Part shown: positions 17,278 through 28,448 of the stretch, one piece after another
How positions within the stretch are numbered: position 1 is the first letter of the stretch
Layout of the letters: every line of letters starts with the position of its first letter
DNA from: an uncultured Lentisphaeria bacterium
GTDB lineage: Bacteria > Verrucomicrobiota > Lentisphaeria > JABSQK01 > JAJFLO01
Assembly (NCBI GenBank): GCA_951812855.1
Contig: OX638337.1
Location: 1,380,001 to 1,412,000, forward strand
Direction: 5' to 3'
DNA: 32,000 nucleotides
The notes under the pieces: model-generated
What the model saw: only the letters and a program-made list of their open reading frames with translations
Databases searched by the model: none
What the model was told of the DNA's origin: nothing
Translations under genes and position numbers: made by a program

Positions 17278-20247
17278 TTATATTGTACTCAACGTTTTTT
17301 TGTAGCTTGAAACAAGATCACCAATAGCTAAACTGCACAAAACAGTATCTTCGTTACAGAATGTTAATTCAGGCTTAGAATTAACTGTTCCTACACAGTT
17401 AAATGATATACCTGTGAATAGAGTTTCAAATTCTGATTTGCGGTCACCGGGTAATGTAACTATAAAACGACTATTTGATTCGGAAAATAAAATAGTTTCA
17501 AAGTTCAATCGTTCACGGGTTGGTATTTGTGATAAATCAATATTAAGCCCCAGGCGTCCGGCAATGGCAATTTTTGCGAATCCGATTGCTAAGCCACCTA
17601 TCGAAGGCGTATGTACAGAATGAAGTAATTCATCGCTAATTGCACGATGAAGTGCAGCGTAGGTTATTCTGCTTAAATCCGCATCAACCTTTGGTACGTT
17701 GTTGCCGATATATCCCTGCATGCGATAATACTCGCTGCCGCCAAGTTCATCGCTGGTTGCACCAATGAGGTAGACCAAATCCCCTGCATTCTTTATATCA
17801 AGTGTTTGTGCTGTTGAAATATCTGAAATTTTTCCAATTAGTGAAAAAAGCAGGGTAGGTGGAATAGATATCTTGTTACCATCCATAACCGCATCATTTT
17901 TCATACTGTCTTTCCCTGAAATGCACGGTGTTTTAAATGCCTTTGTATAGTCGTACAGTGCCATATTAGAGCGTACAAGCTGGGCGAGTTTATAGTCACC
18001 GTCGGGGGTCACATCGCTTTTGACCGGGTCAGGCCAGCAAAAATTATCGATTGCGGCAATTTTGTCTAAGCTGCCTCCGACAGCAATAATCCTGCGGACT
18101 GCTAAATCCAGTGCGGACGCCGTCATATGATAGGTATCGATATCTGAATACTGGGGAACGACACCACAGCTCAAAACAATTCCCTCATTGGCAAGGGGTG
18201 AAATCATAAATATTGATGCATCAGACTGAACATCGTTTTCTAACCCGACGAATGGTTTTAGAACACTGAGACCCTTGACTTCATGGTCATATTGTCTTGC
18301 TTTTGTTTCGTTAGAACAAATATTGAGTTGTTCGAGAAGGCGGAGGATCAGCGAGGAGATATCAATATTTTCATTGTCAACAGGGTTGGGTTCAGAATGA
18401 TTTTTTGGAGTCCATTCAGCGTTTAATTGCATTCGTGGACATCCTTCATGCATAAATTCTAAATCAATGTATGCAACTGTTTTATCTCCGTACTTTATAT
18501 GAAATTTACCGGTATCGGTAAAGTTCCCCAGAACACTAATTTCCACATCTCTATCGTTTGCCAGTTGTTTAAATTCCGCTATTTTTTCAGGTGGAACAGC
18601 AAGGGTCATCCGTTCCTGAGATTCTGATAATAATATCTCCCAGGGTTGGAGTCCCGGGTATTTTAGCGGAGCGTTTGCGATATCCATGATACACCCTCGG
18701 CTATTCGTTGAAATTTCACCGACACTGCTGGAAAGACCGCCTGCACCATTGTCTGTGATGTAGCGGTAGAGTCCTCTGTCCCGTGCTTCAATGATAAAAT
18801 CATAAAGATTCTTTTGAGTGATCGGATCACCAATCTGTACAGCTTGTGCATTCGCATTTTGATCTAACGCTTCACTTGAAAATGTTGCCCCGTGAATGCC
18901 GTCTTTTCCAATTCGGCCACCAGCCATAATGATTAAATCGCCGGGCAGAATAGATTTTTCATAACCGGGCTGACCGTTAATTGTTTTTGGTAACAGCCCG
19001 ACTGTGCCGCAAAAGACTAATGGTTTTCCTATAAAACGATCGTCGAAAAGTTCCCATCCGCAGCCATAGGGGACACCACTTTGGTTTCCACCTTCAATGA
19101 CTCCCTGATGCACGCCATCCCGAATACGTCCTGGATGTAATAAACCCTTTGGAACTTTCTCTGCTGAAATGAATGGTGAACCAAAGCAGTAACCCCACAC
19201 ATTAATTAACAGATTCGCCCCCAATCCTGTCCCGAGAGGATCTCGATTAACACCAATAATCCCGGTCATTGCACCGCCATATGGGTCAAGAGCCGATGGG
19301 CTGTTATGGGTTTCGACTTTATAAACAAGATCACACTCTTCGTTAAATGAAATGATACCGGCATTGTCACTGAAAACAGAGACAAGCCAATCAACATCAC
19401 TGCCTATTTCATAAGTACTCTTTTTGATAAAACTCTTATACAGACTTGTAATTTTGCTGATATTACCGTTTTCGTCTGTATAGTTAATTTCTGCATCAAA
19501 AATTTTATGTTTACAATGTTCCGACCAGGTTTGAGCAAGAATTTCAATTTCGACGTCGGTGGGATTTTCTGTTAACCCCATTTCTTGCCTGTTTATGTCG
19601 TTTTTGGTAAAATATTGTTTGATTTGTCTCATCTCTTTCAGGGAAAGAGCCAGGCAGCGGTCTTTGCTTAATCGGATTAAGTCATCATCAGGAATGTCAA
19701 TTTCGATATCTTCAACATGAATATTACAACTGTCTAAAAATACCGGCTTATTAAACGGGATACCATTCTTTTTCAATTCGGCCTTCGAAAGACAGTTAAT
19801 TGACTGAATTATCGGATTAGCCAACAAATTTTCAGCAATCATACGGATTTGATCTGAATTCAGCTGAGGTGCGGATACTAAATATTCGATTGAACTGAAG
19901 ATATGCTCATTAGATTTAAGTTGTCGGCTGATTGTATCACATAGTAGGGATTTAGCAGTCGTCGCCACGTTATCGGTAACTCCAGGCAGAAAGCCAATGA
20001 TAATGATCCAGTCAAAATCAAATTTGTCTGATTCTCCCAGTATACTGTCTTGTATGACGGGATTAGTCATACTCTTCAGCATTTTTTCTGCGTCGGTTTC
20101 AGTGATCTCTGCGACGATGGAAAATACATCACGGGTCTGAATTTTCTCAATTGAGAATCCAAAATATTCGATGATTTTATTCAGTGTTGCTTTGCCACGC
20201 GTATCATTTTCTGAAATAAGAGGGCTGATTTCTAATCTGAAATGCAT
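17278..20247 (-). CDS. purL: Phosphoribosylformylglycinamidine synthase, synthetase subunit with two N-terminal PurS-like modules
   Basis: 989 aa. AIR-synthase-related/FGAM core strings 'VETHNSPSALDPYGGA' and 'DNGAGGLSS'. The N-terminus carries two PurS-like segments ending 'MTNPVIQDS' and 'LLANPIIQS'. No glutaminase domain; that activity is encoded by the separate purQ. Confidence 0.9.
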   Translation of the reverse strand: MHFRLEISPLISENDTRGKATLNKIIEYFGFSIEKIQTRDVFSIVAEITETDAEKMLKSMTNPVIQDSILGESDKFDFDWIIIIGFLPGVTDNVATTAKSLLCDTISRQLKSNEHIFSSIEYLVSAPQLNSDQIRMIAENLLANPIIQSINCLSKAELKKNGIPFNKPVFLDSCNIHVEDIEIDIPDDDLIRLSKDRCLALSLKEMRQIKQYFTKNDINRQEMGLTENPTDVEIEILAQTWSEHCKHKIFDAEINYTDENGNISKITSLYKSFIKKSTYEIGSDVDWLVSVFSDNAGIISFNEECDLVYKVETHNSPSALDPYGGAMTGIIGVNRDPLGTGLGANLLINVWGYCFGSPFISAEKVPKGLLHPGRIRDGVHQGVIEGGNQSGVPYGCGWELFDDRFIGKPLVFCGTVGLLPKTINGQPGYEKSILPGDLIIMAGGRIGKDGIHGATFSSEALDQNANAQAVQIGDPITQKNLYDFIIEARDRGLYRYITDNGAGGLSSSVGEISTNSRGCIMDIANAPLKYPGLQPWEILLSESQERMTLAVPPEKIAEFKQLANDRDVEISVLGNFTDTGKFHIKYGDKTVAYIDLEFMHEGCPRMQLNAEWTPKNHSEPNPVDNENIDISSLILRLLEQLNICSNETKARQYDHEVKGLSVLKPFVGLENDVQSDASIFMISPLANEGIVLSCGVVPQYSDIDTYHMTASALDLAVRRIIAVGGSLDKIAAIDNFCWPDPVKSDVTPDGDYKLAQLVRSNMALYDYTKAFKTPCISGKDSMKNDAVMDGNKISIPPTLLFSLIGKISDISTAQTLDIKNAGDLVYLIGATSDELGGSEYYRMQGYIGNNVPKVDADLSRITYAALHRAISDELLHSVHTPSIGGLAIGFAKIAIAGRLGLNIDLSQIPTRERLNFETILFSESNSRFIVTLPGDRKSEFETLFTGISFNCVGTVNSKPELTFCNEDTVLCSLAIGDLVSSYKKTLSTI

Positions 20248-21092
20248 AGTTGAATATTTTGAGTTGACAGTAAATGATTGAAATTCAAGTAAACCAATAA
20301 GCTAATATAAGATTGTTCGAGTGAAAGTATATCAATGACTTTTATATGGAAATTTTATATTTCTTCGGATTTCAGAATATCGACTGATTGCAGATTGTCA
20401 ATCTCACCCGGCAGGCAGCATATTTCTATAGGTATATTATCTAATTCCGGTTATTTTCAATCATAAAGTTAAACTAAGTTTTCATCTTACAGGCTGGAAC
20501 TGTTTATGACGTTTTGTGGTAGTATATACACCCTTTCTTTGAAGCAAATAGAAACTCTGTTTTTAAGCAGTTTAATAATGAATACTCCAACAATAAAATG
20601 ATTTTACTCAAACATTGAAAATGTCCGTTGGAAATTGTAGATGATCATGTTAGTTTAACGGAGGTTTTCATACTTGAAACAGCTCTAAATTTTTTCTTGC
20701 CGGCATAAATAATGTCGAAAAAGGTTATTATGAGTTCAGATTCTCCAAATCCTGAAGATCAAAATTACGACGTCTTTTGGTGAAATACCTCAAAATCCAG
20801 TACCGGCAAATCTGAAAGGAAAATGGATGTAGAAACCATACCTGTACGCTAAATTTACTAAACTTTTTAATTTGCCTGTCACCAATTGGGCTCATTGGAT
20901 ATTCTGCTGCTGCTGCATTCCTGAAACTTGATAGAGTGTCACGGGTTGGAACGTTGTTATCGCTTCTTGTTGTTTCTGTGGTCTGGTTTGTGATTGATTT
21001 AATCCGCCGAATTGTTTACAGATGAGATATCTGATTATTAGGTAACCTTGTTGAAGCTGTCTAACTTCGAACATTGAAAAAATATTATAATC

Positions 21093-22601
21093 ATGAGCAC
21101 TTATTTAAAATTACAGCACACATTTTTTAGTAAAAAATCAATAATTTATTTTATATTATTGATGCTGATCTGCTTAATTGTTGGTGCACAAAATGAGATT
21201 AAGAAACAATCCGGAAACAAAGTACTTATTATTCCGTTAAAAGCACAAATTGATAAGGCTATGTTATTTTATTTACGACGCGGATTTCAACACGCAAGAG
21301 ATGATAAAGAACTTAGTGCAATTGTTATTGATATGGATACTCCTGGCGGCGAACTGCGAATCACAGAAGAAATAATATCCTGGATTCGTTCGCTTAATGC
21401 AGAAGGTTTAAAAATTTATAGTTATGTAAATTCACGAGCTCAAAGTGCAGGTGCAATCATCTGCCTTGCGACCGACGCGATTTATATGGCACCAGGTAGT
21501 CGCATTGGCAGTGCAGCACCTATATTGATGGCCCCTGGAGGGGGTATTCAGGAAATGCCCGATGACATTAAGGAAAAAATTCTTTCCGATACCCGTGCGC
21601 TGGTTAGGGGATTGGCACAGGAAAAAGGGTATATACCGGAGCTCGGAGCAGCAATGGTAGACAATGGTATTGAAGTTAAAATCGGGGAAAAAGTTGTATG
21701 TGCAGAGGGAGAATTACTAAACTTAACCGCCGAGGAAGCAATTGAAATCATTCCTCCCAGAGAAGAACCGCTGTTAGCAAGCGGTATTCCTGAAAATATT
21801 ACTGAACTGGTTCAGCAAGAAGGGATAATGAATCCTAAGTTCGTTACATTTCAGGAGCATGGTGCTGAAAAGCTTGCAAGAATGATTACCATGATAGCAC
21901 CATTTTTAATGACCCTTGGATTTTTAGGTATTTACATGGAGATGAAATCGCCTGGATTTGGTTTGCCGGGATTAATCGGCGTTTGCTGTATCGTTTTATT
22001 TTTGTTTGGACATTTCATCGCCGGCTTAGCTGGAAAAGAGGATATTTTATTGGTCATGATTGGTTTTGTTCTAATTGCCGTAGAAATTTTTCTGATTCCC
22101 GGATTCGGGTTTTGTGGAGTACTCGGTATTATCACTGTCATTGGAGGGATTATAATGGCTATGATACCTCATATTCCCCAGGTTCCTGATTTGCCTAATG
22201 TAACCTTTAATCCCATGATCATGGAGTCTTATCTTAATCGGGCTCTCTTAAACATGGTCTTATCAATAGTAATTTCAGGAGCGGGCATGTTTGTTTTGGC
22301 AAAATATTTACCCAATACATCGCTTTATGGTCAATTGGTCCTGCAAACAGCAGAAAGTACTTCTGATGGATTCGTGAGTGTGAATATTGAAGAAAATACT
22401 AAACTCATCGGTAAGAGCGGTAAAACATTAACAGATCTCAGACCCTCGGGAACTGCAGTTTTTGATGATAAGAGAATCGATGTAGTCAGTAATGGTGATT
22501 ATATTGATAAAGATGAAGAAATCACCGTTATTGAAACGAATGGGCCACGCATTGTCGTCGAAAGAATCGACCCCGGACATCGCGACGCAGAGCCAATATA
22601 A
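21093..22601 (+). CDS. nfeD: NfeD-family membrane-bound ClpP-class serine protease
   Basis: N-terminal ClpP-like region 'IDMDTPGG...SRAQSAGAIICLATDAIYMAPGSRIGSAAPI', a central block of TM helices, and a C-terminal NfeD OB-fold-like 'GKSGKTLTDLRPSGTAVFDDKRIDVVSNGDYIDKDEEITV'. Confidence 0.85.
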   Translation: MSTYLKLQHTFFSKKSIIYFILLMLICLIVGAQNEIKKQSGNKVLIIPLKAQIDKAMLFYLRRGFQHARDDKELSAIVIDMDTPGGELRITEEIISWIRSLNAEGLKIYSYVNSRAQSAGAIICLATDAIYMAPGSRIGSAAPILMAPGGGIQEMPDDIKEKILSDTRALVRGLAQEKGYIPELGAAMVDNGIEVKIGEKVVCAEGELLNLTAEEAIEIIPPREEPLLASGIPENITELVQQEGIMNPKFVTFQEHGAEKLARMITMIAPFLMTLGFLGIYMEMKSPGFGLPGLIGVCCIVLFLFGHFIAGLAGKEDILLVMIGFVLIAVEIFLIPGFGFCGVLGIITVIGGIIMAMIPHIPQVPDLPNVTFNPMIMESYLNRALLNMVLSIVISGAGMFVLAKYLPNTSLYGQLVLQTAESTSDGFVSVNIEENTKLIGKSGKTLTDLRPSGTAVFDDKRIDVVSNGDYIDKDEEITVIETNGPRIVVERIDPGHRDAEPI

Positions 22602-23116
22602 GCTGTCTGTTTATTTTTTTACGGTATTTCGATCAAAGGGTATTTTACGGTTAAAGTACAGCCCCTGACGACACACCTAAATTCATTCAGACCGAAAGCT
22701 GTTTTCAGTATTGGATTTTTCAGATATTTTAAAAAGCAATAAAAAAATTGTAGTATTGACATCAGTACAGATAATGGATGGGTGATGAGTTCTCCCGTCC
22801 GATCAGTTTTTTGCTTTACCGGCCAACATTTAATTCATCATCAGAGAATAATTATTGCTGGTAAATTCTGTTGATATTCTATTGTCAAATCAAATTTAAT
22901 CCAGCGACAGTTAAAAGAAAATTCGTTAGATAACAAATAAATTTTTCACTTCCCGCTTCGACCAGTCAGCTGCCTTGATTTAACATAATTATGAGTAATA
23001 CACAAGGTGGTACTACATCAATTAAAAATTATTTCCATATCTTGAAAGAAACGATTGGATTTATATCTACAGTCAGCTTATAAATATATCTCAACTTATG
23101 AGTTCAAGCTAACTGA

Positions 23117-25315
<2,199 letters not shown>

Positions 25316-25639
25316 GTCTGAAGCGATTCCATCAGGTGGCGGTTGAACTTTCTATGAATTTAGCAGCAACTCCTAAATAATAGAAACACCAATGTTGAGT
25401 GGCACCGATTTTTCATTGTGCAGAATAGATTCATATCCATATTCCTAAGAGCATGATGTGGTTCATGGCACCGTTATTCGTTCAAATAAAACCAACGCTT
25501 CGCCCGATGTAAGCTAAACTTGCACAGCGTTATCATGATCTTGTTTCATTGACTGCCTTTTAGAGAACGACCAGTATAAGTCACGGTGTATACGAGCCAC
25601 CGGCGAGTATATGACGTTCATCTTGATCCGCATGTTATC

Positions 25640-25940
25640 TTACTCATTTTCTTTTATTGTTCTTAATCCACAATCATCCTCAATGCGATCAAAATCTCTG
25701 TCATTGTGGAGAAGCGGTATCTCATGAGCAATAGCCACAGAGACTATTATGCAATCTACAGGCTTACGAATGGTTATGCCCTTTTTTCGTAAAGAACGGT
25801 ACACATCTGCTGATTTGATAAAGGCGGCTTGGCTCGTAGGCAGGAAAATCAGGTTGTCAAAATAGGATTTGATCTTTTTATATTGCTTGTCATCTCTGCT
25901 TCCTTGCAAGGAAGCAGTCAGAATTATTCGGGGGTGTAAC
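25640..25940 (-). pseudogene. PIN-domain (VapC-like) toxin, N-terminal part replaced; probably inactive
   Basis: The C-terminal ~100 aa look like PIN: 'ILTASLQG...', 'YRSLRKKGITIRKPVDCIIVSVAIAHEIPLLHNDRDFDRI'. The N-terminal ~40 aa of the 138-aa ORF are read through a GC-rich repeat and lack the first acidic 'DT/DS' motif. No antitoxin ORF lies upstream. Confidence 0.55.
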
Positions 25941-25974
25941 TTTCGTTCTGTAATTTCACTTCTCTCGGTGCAGG

Positions 25975-26078
25975 ACCGGAGGGGGGACCCGGGCGGTTTC
26001 AGCAGCAATCGATTGGGCCGACAGGCCGGGCATTGCGGAGGGGTTAGACAGGACAAGCAGTATTGTCTGATCTAACAA
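25975..26078 (+). repeat. GC-rich element, copy C (… GCGGAGGGGTTA … TATTGTCTGATCTAACAAC)
   Basis: GC-rich block between the PIN remnant and the IS256 remnant. Its 3' end resembles copy A (GCGGCAGGGTTATTGATCTAATAAC) with an ~16-nt insertion. Compared by eye only. Confidence 0.3.
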
Positions 26079-26091
26079 CCAGCAGAGAATG

Positions 26092-26114
26092 TTTTCCCCA
26101 GGGGGAAAATTTTT
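26092..26114. terminator. Hairpin TTTTCCC-CAGG-GGGAAAA followed by TTTTT (terminator-like, A/T-flanked)
   Basis: Read directly: 7-bp stem, 4-nt loop, T-run on the + strand. It lies between the PIN remnant and the transposase remnant. Confidence 0.3.
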
Positions 26115-26183
26115 AAGTTGATAAAAACGCAGGTCATGATGAATTATTCTTTTTTTGTACCCAATAAACAAAGGATTCTAATT

Positions 26184-26646
26184 ATGACCCACAATGAAAA
26201 TAATAATAGTATAACCGAAGCTGTGCAGGCAATACTTGAAAATGGACTTGAAGGAATGGGAACAGCTTAGCTTTTGCTATGCTGCTAAACGAGGCTGTGA
26301 AAATTGAACGTTCCGAATTTATCGGTGCCCAACCCCGGGAAAGAACCGCGGAACGTAAATGTCATGCCAATGGATTTAAACCCAAGTGCTTGAGTACCCG
26401 CCTGGGAAAACTGGACCTTCAGATTCCTCAGGTTAGAGGAGGAGAAGGCTTCTATCCTTCAGCTCTTTAGCAAAGACAACGCAGCGAACGAGCTCTAAAC
26501 CCGGCTTTGGCAGAAATGTATAGTCAAGGTGTCTCGACGCGAAAAGTAACGCGGATTATAGAATCATTATGCGGAACTCAGGTCAGCAGCTACCGGGTCA
26601 GCCGTGCCACAGCACTGCTGAATGATGAACTTGAAAAATGGCGGTA
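26184..26646 (+). mobile_element. IS256-family (Mutator-type) transposase remnant: N-terminal ~150 codons only, with frameshift and in-frame stop
   Basis: 'MTHNENNNSITEAVQAILENGLEGMGTA*' (stop at 26268), then a frame change to 'LLNEAVKIERSEFIGAQPRERTAERKCHANGFKPKCLSTRLGKLDLQIPQVRGGEGFYPSAL*' (TAG at 26468). It continues in that frame as 'QRQRSERALNPALAEMYSQGVSTRKVTRIIESLCG...LNDELEKWR*'. This pattern is typical of IS256 transposase N-termini. The DDE catalytic part is absent. Confidence 0.75.
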
Positions 26647-26782
26647 AGGGTGTGTGTGTATGAATAATGAAAAAGAGACCTAATCTGATTTTGGAAGAGG
26701 AAAATAATATCAATAAATTCTGGAAAGGATCAAAAATCTTAAATTATAATTGCGGGTACAACATTCGGGCTCAGATTTTTAA

Positions 26783-26810
26783 GGGTTTTACATAAAACCC
26801 AACTTGTTTT
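26783..26810 (+). terminator. Hairpin GGGTTTT-ACAT-AAAACCC followed by a T-rich run
   Basis: Read directly: 7-bp stem, 4-nt loop, then AACTTGTTTT. The stem is weak and AT-rich. Confidence 0.25.
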
Positions 26811-26913
26811 AATCCGAATTTTGCTCATAGTAACACCTCTGAAAATGTTCATTCTCAACCAGATAAGAGGTTGACGATTTCCACGTTCTGTAAATCCAAT
26901 ATCATTTATTTTC

Positions 26914-26958
26914 AGCGGGCATATCTGCGTGCCGCAGTGGCGGTAGCCTGTCTAATTT
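26914..26958 (+). repeat. GC-rich element, copy B1 (GCGGGCA…CTGCGTGCCGC…GGCGGTAG…TCTAATTT)
   Basis: Shares the exact 8-mer CTGCGTGC, GGCGGT and the terminal TCTAATTT with copy B2, 260 nt downstream. Confidence 0.35.
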
Positions 26959-27169
26959 CTAAGATCTTAAAGTAAATGCAGCATGGCTTCACGAGATTCT
27001 TAGATTTCAGGGCAGTCAAATCTGAGAGTCTATTATTTTCCAGGTCGAATGGTGTATTGGTTTTAATGGTAATCACCGGCGGGCAGGTAAAGGGTGGTCT
27101 TTGGTTTTATCTCACTTGCGGGTTTAATTCCCCGATTCCTGGTCGAGGCCAATATGTTTTCAGGCTAAG

Positions 27170-27218
27170 TCATACCCCGCTGCTTACTGCGTGCGGGGCG
27201 GTTGATTTGATCTAATTT
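27170..27218 (+). repeat. GC-rich hairpin element, copy B2 (TCATACCCCGC-TGCTTACTGCGT-GCGGGG-CGGTTGATTTGATCTAATTT)
   Basis: 6-bp GC stem with a 12-nt loop. Shares the 5' TCATACCC and 3' TTGATCTAAT with copy A at 7790-7877. Confidence 0.4.
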
Positions 27219-27472
27219 ATTTTTTTAATGACATCTGATTAATGAAATATGAACCACCGTCAGACCCGGAAATTATACTGAAAAGTGAAGATGTAACTGT
27301 TAACGAAAATGTGACTGTTCTCGTTGATTATATTAAATTTAGAGCAAATGCAATAGAGATGAACTGTGAGAAACATTCATAATCCATTCTTAATTTTCTC
27401 GCTGAATACCAGGCGGCGTATTCAGTTTGATTGAAATCCCCGGATTAGTTTAGTTAAACAGGAAGGGATAAT

Positions 27473-27628
27473 ATGAAAGTCCCGGGGATATCAGCGTTTT
27501 ATCATGACTCTGCTGTGATTCCTGTGGGGATGGTGTCGGGGAATGTCTTACCGCTGGTCTTTGGCAAGGGAAGTGGATCCGGATTACAGCTGCTTGATAA
27601 AGAGATGAATTTCCCTCATTATAAATGA
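27473..27628 (+). pseudogene. Carbamoyltransferase (NodU/CmcH family) collapsed by a large internal deletion
   Basis: The 51-codon ORF begins 'MKVPGISAFYHDSA', the characteristic family N-terminus, and ends '...LQLLDKEMN...', reminiscent of the family C-terminus. About 500 codons expected in between are missing. Confidence 0.5.
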
Positions 27629-27834
27629 TGACATAAGAGAATCTGGACGTTCTCTTATTGTTGGCAGGGTCATTATCATGCCCGGGATACTAACAGAGAT
27701 TTTACCGACTGTTTCCAGACCTGTGTATCATGTCCGGTTTTTTATTAGGGGTGTGCATCGGAACAGTTGTATTGAATCTGTTATTTCTGAAACGTTACTT
27801 CAGAATATTAAACAATTCTTGTAATTATTAGGAT

Positions 27835-28050
27835 ATGAGAAAACCCTGGATAAAACAAATGAATAAAGAAAATAAAACAGATTTTGAAGCAGCAGCATCT
27901 GAGAAGAGTTTGACTGCTGAATTCAGGGAGTTTCTGTTAGATAATAAAAAGTTTTGGTTAATCCCAATAATTTTAGTGATGCTGCTGTTGGGGCTGCTGA
28001 TCCTATTCAGTGGCAGTTCGGCAGCACCCTTTAGATACACTCTTTTTTGA
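27835..28050 (+). CDS. DUF5989-family small membrane protein
   Basis: '...EFREFLLDNKKFWLIPIILVMLLLGLLILFSGSSAAPFRYTLF' matches the family pattern (xFWxFLxxxKKxWLxPIIxxLLLLGxLxxxxxxSAxAPFIYTLF). These genes usually follow carbamoyltransferase and SxtJ-like genes. The true start may be the internal Met at 27859. Confidence 0.65.
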   Translation: MRKPWIKQMNKENKTDFEAAASEKSLTAEFREFLLDNKKFWLIPIILVMLLLGLLILFSGSSAAPFRYTLF

Positions 28051-28448
28051 AAATTCTTGTTGGTAGTGATATAGGGAATATTTTATCCACAATAATCGAT
28101 TTTAAAATTCCCCAAAATATATCCACTCCCATGTTCGGCGGCGGCAATGCTTCCCACAAAATACACAACGTTATTGACTCATTTTGTAACTAATACACCT
28201 CCAGGTGTTTGATCTACTGTGAGGCCCCGTGGATTGAGGATAAATTGTTCTTCTGTACAGCAGGATGATGCTGCAGGCAGTAATTTTAACCAAGGCTGTT
28301 GAAAACCTGATTGCGTTCAATATAGGTATGAATTGTTCATTTGGATATTGAAAAAACATTTTATTGTCAAATACAGGATATGATGCAATCAGAGAAATTT
28401 CGGAACGTGCAAACCGTTTGAAATAATAATACGGAATGAGAAATTTTA

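Noticed and set aside
20248-20420. Purine or ZTP (pfl) riboswitch upstream of purL
   Set aside because: Reading the minus strand, I found only a vague 'GCTGCCTGCCGGGTG' string. The conserved purine-riboswitch junction and loop sequences, and the ZTP 'GGGTCGTGAC…CCGCCTGGGC' elements, are absent.
20892-21074. 60-aa Gln-rich ORF on the minus strand in the purL-nfeD spacer
   Set aside because: Low-complexity translation ('QQQQNIQ', 'QKQQE'), no RBS-like context, and an unusual composition. Not supported.
22847-22856. AATAATTATT palindrome ~275 nt upstream of katG as a PerR/Fur box
   Set aside because: Only a 10-bp AT palindrome in AT-rich DNA (5/7 per extended half-site). It does not fit the 7-1-7 Per/Fur consensus and lies far from the start codon. 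Chance occurrence is likely.
25640-26056. Treating the full 138-aa ORF as an intact PIN toxin
   Set aside because: The first ~40 residues ('MSCLTPPQCPACRPNRLLLKPPGSPLRS…') are translated from the GC-rich repeat block. They do not resemble a PIN N-terminus, which has a beta-strand ending in Asp. Only about 25640-25940 is PIN-like.
27005-27060. TPP-riboswitch-like 'CTGAGA' within 'GGGCAGTCAAATCTGAGAGTC'
   Set aside because: The accompanying ACCC…CCTGATCTGGATAATGCCAGCG pyrimidine- and pyrophosphate-sensing helices are missing, and there is no thiamine gene downstream.
26976-27215. 79-aa ORF as a protein-coding gene
   Set aside because: It has no recognisable motifs, spans hairpin and repeat DNA, and ends exactly in the TGATCTAA repeat. 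It is more likely non-coding.
27470-27490. 'GAAAGTCCCGGGG' resembling the RNase P RNA P4 'GAGGAAAGTCCGGGC' signature
   Set aside because: It is part of the 'MKVPGIS' codons of the carbamoyltransferase stump. No other RNase P conserved regions are nearby.
28171-28359. 62-aa minus-strand ORF between DUF5989 and gmhA, and other short frames in 28051-28448
   Set aside because: No motifs. The alternative frames contain stop-bounded peptide-like stretches (for example '…VVYFVGSIAAAEHGSGYILGNFKIDYCG*') that might be gene debris, but I cannot assign them.
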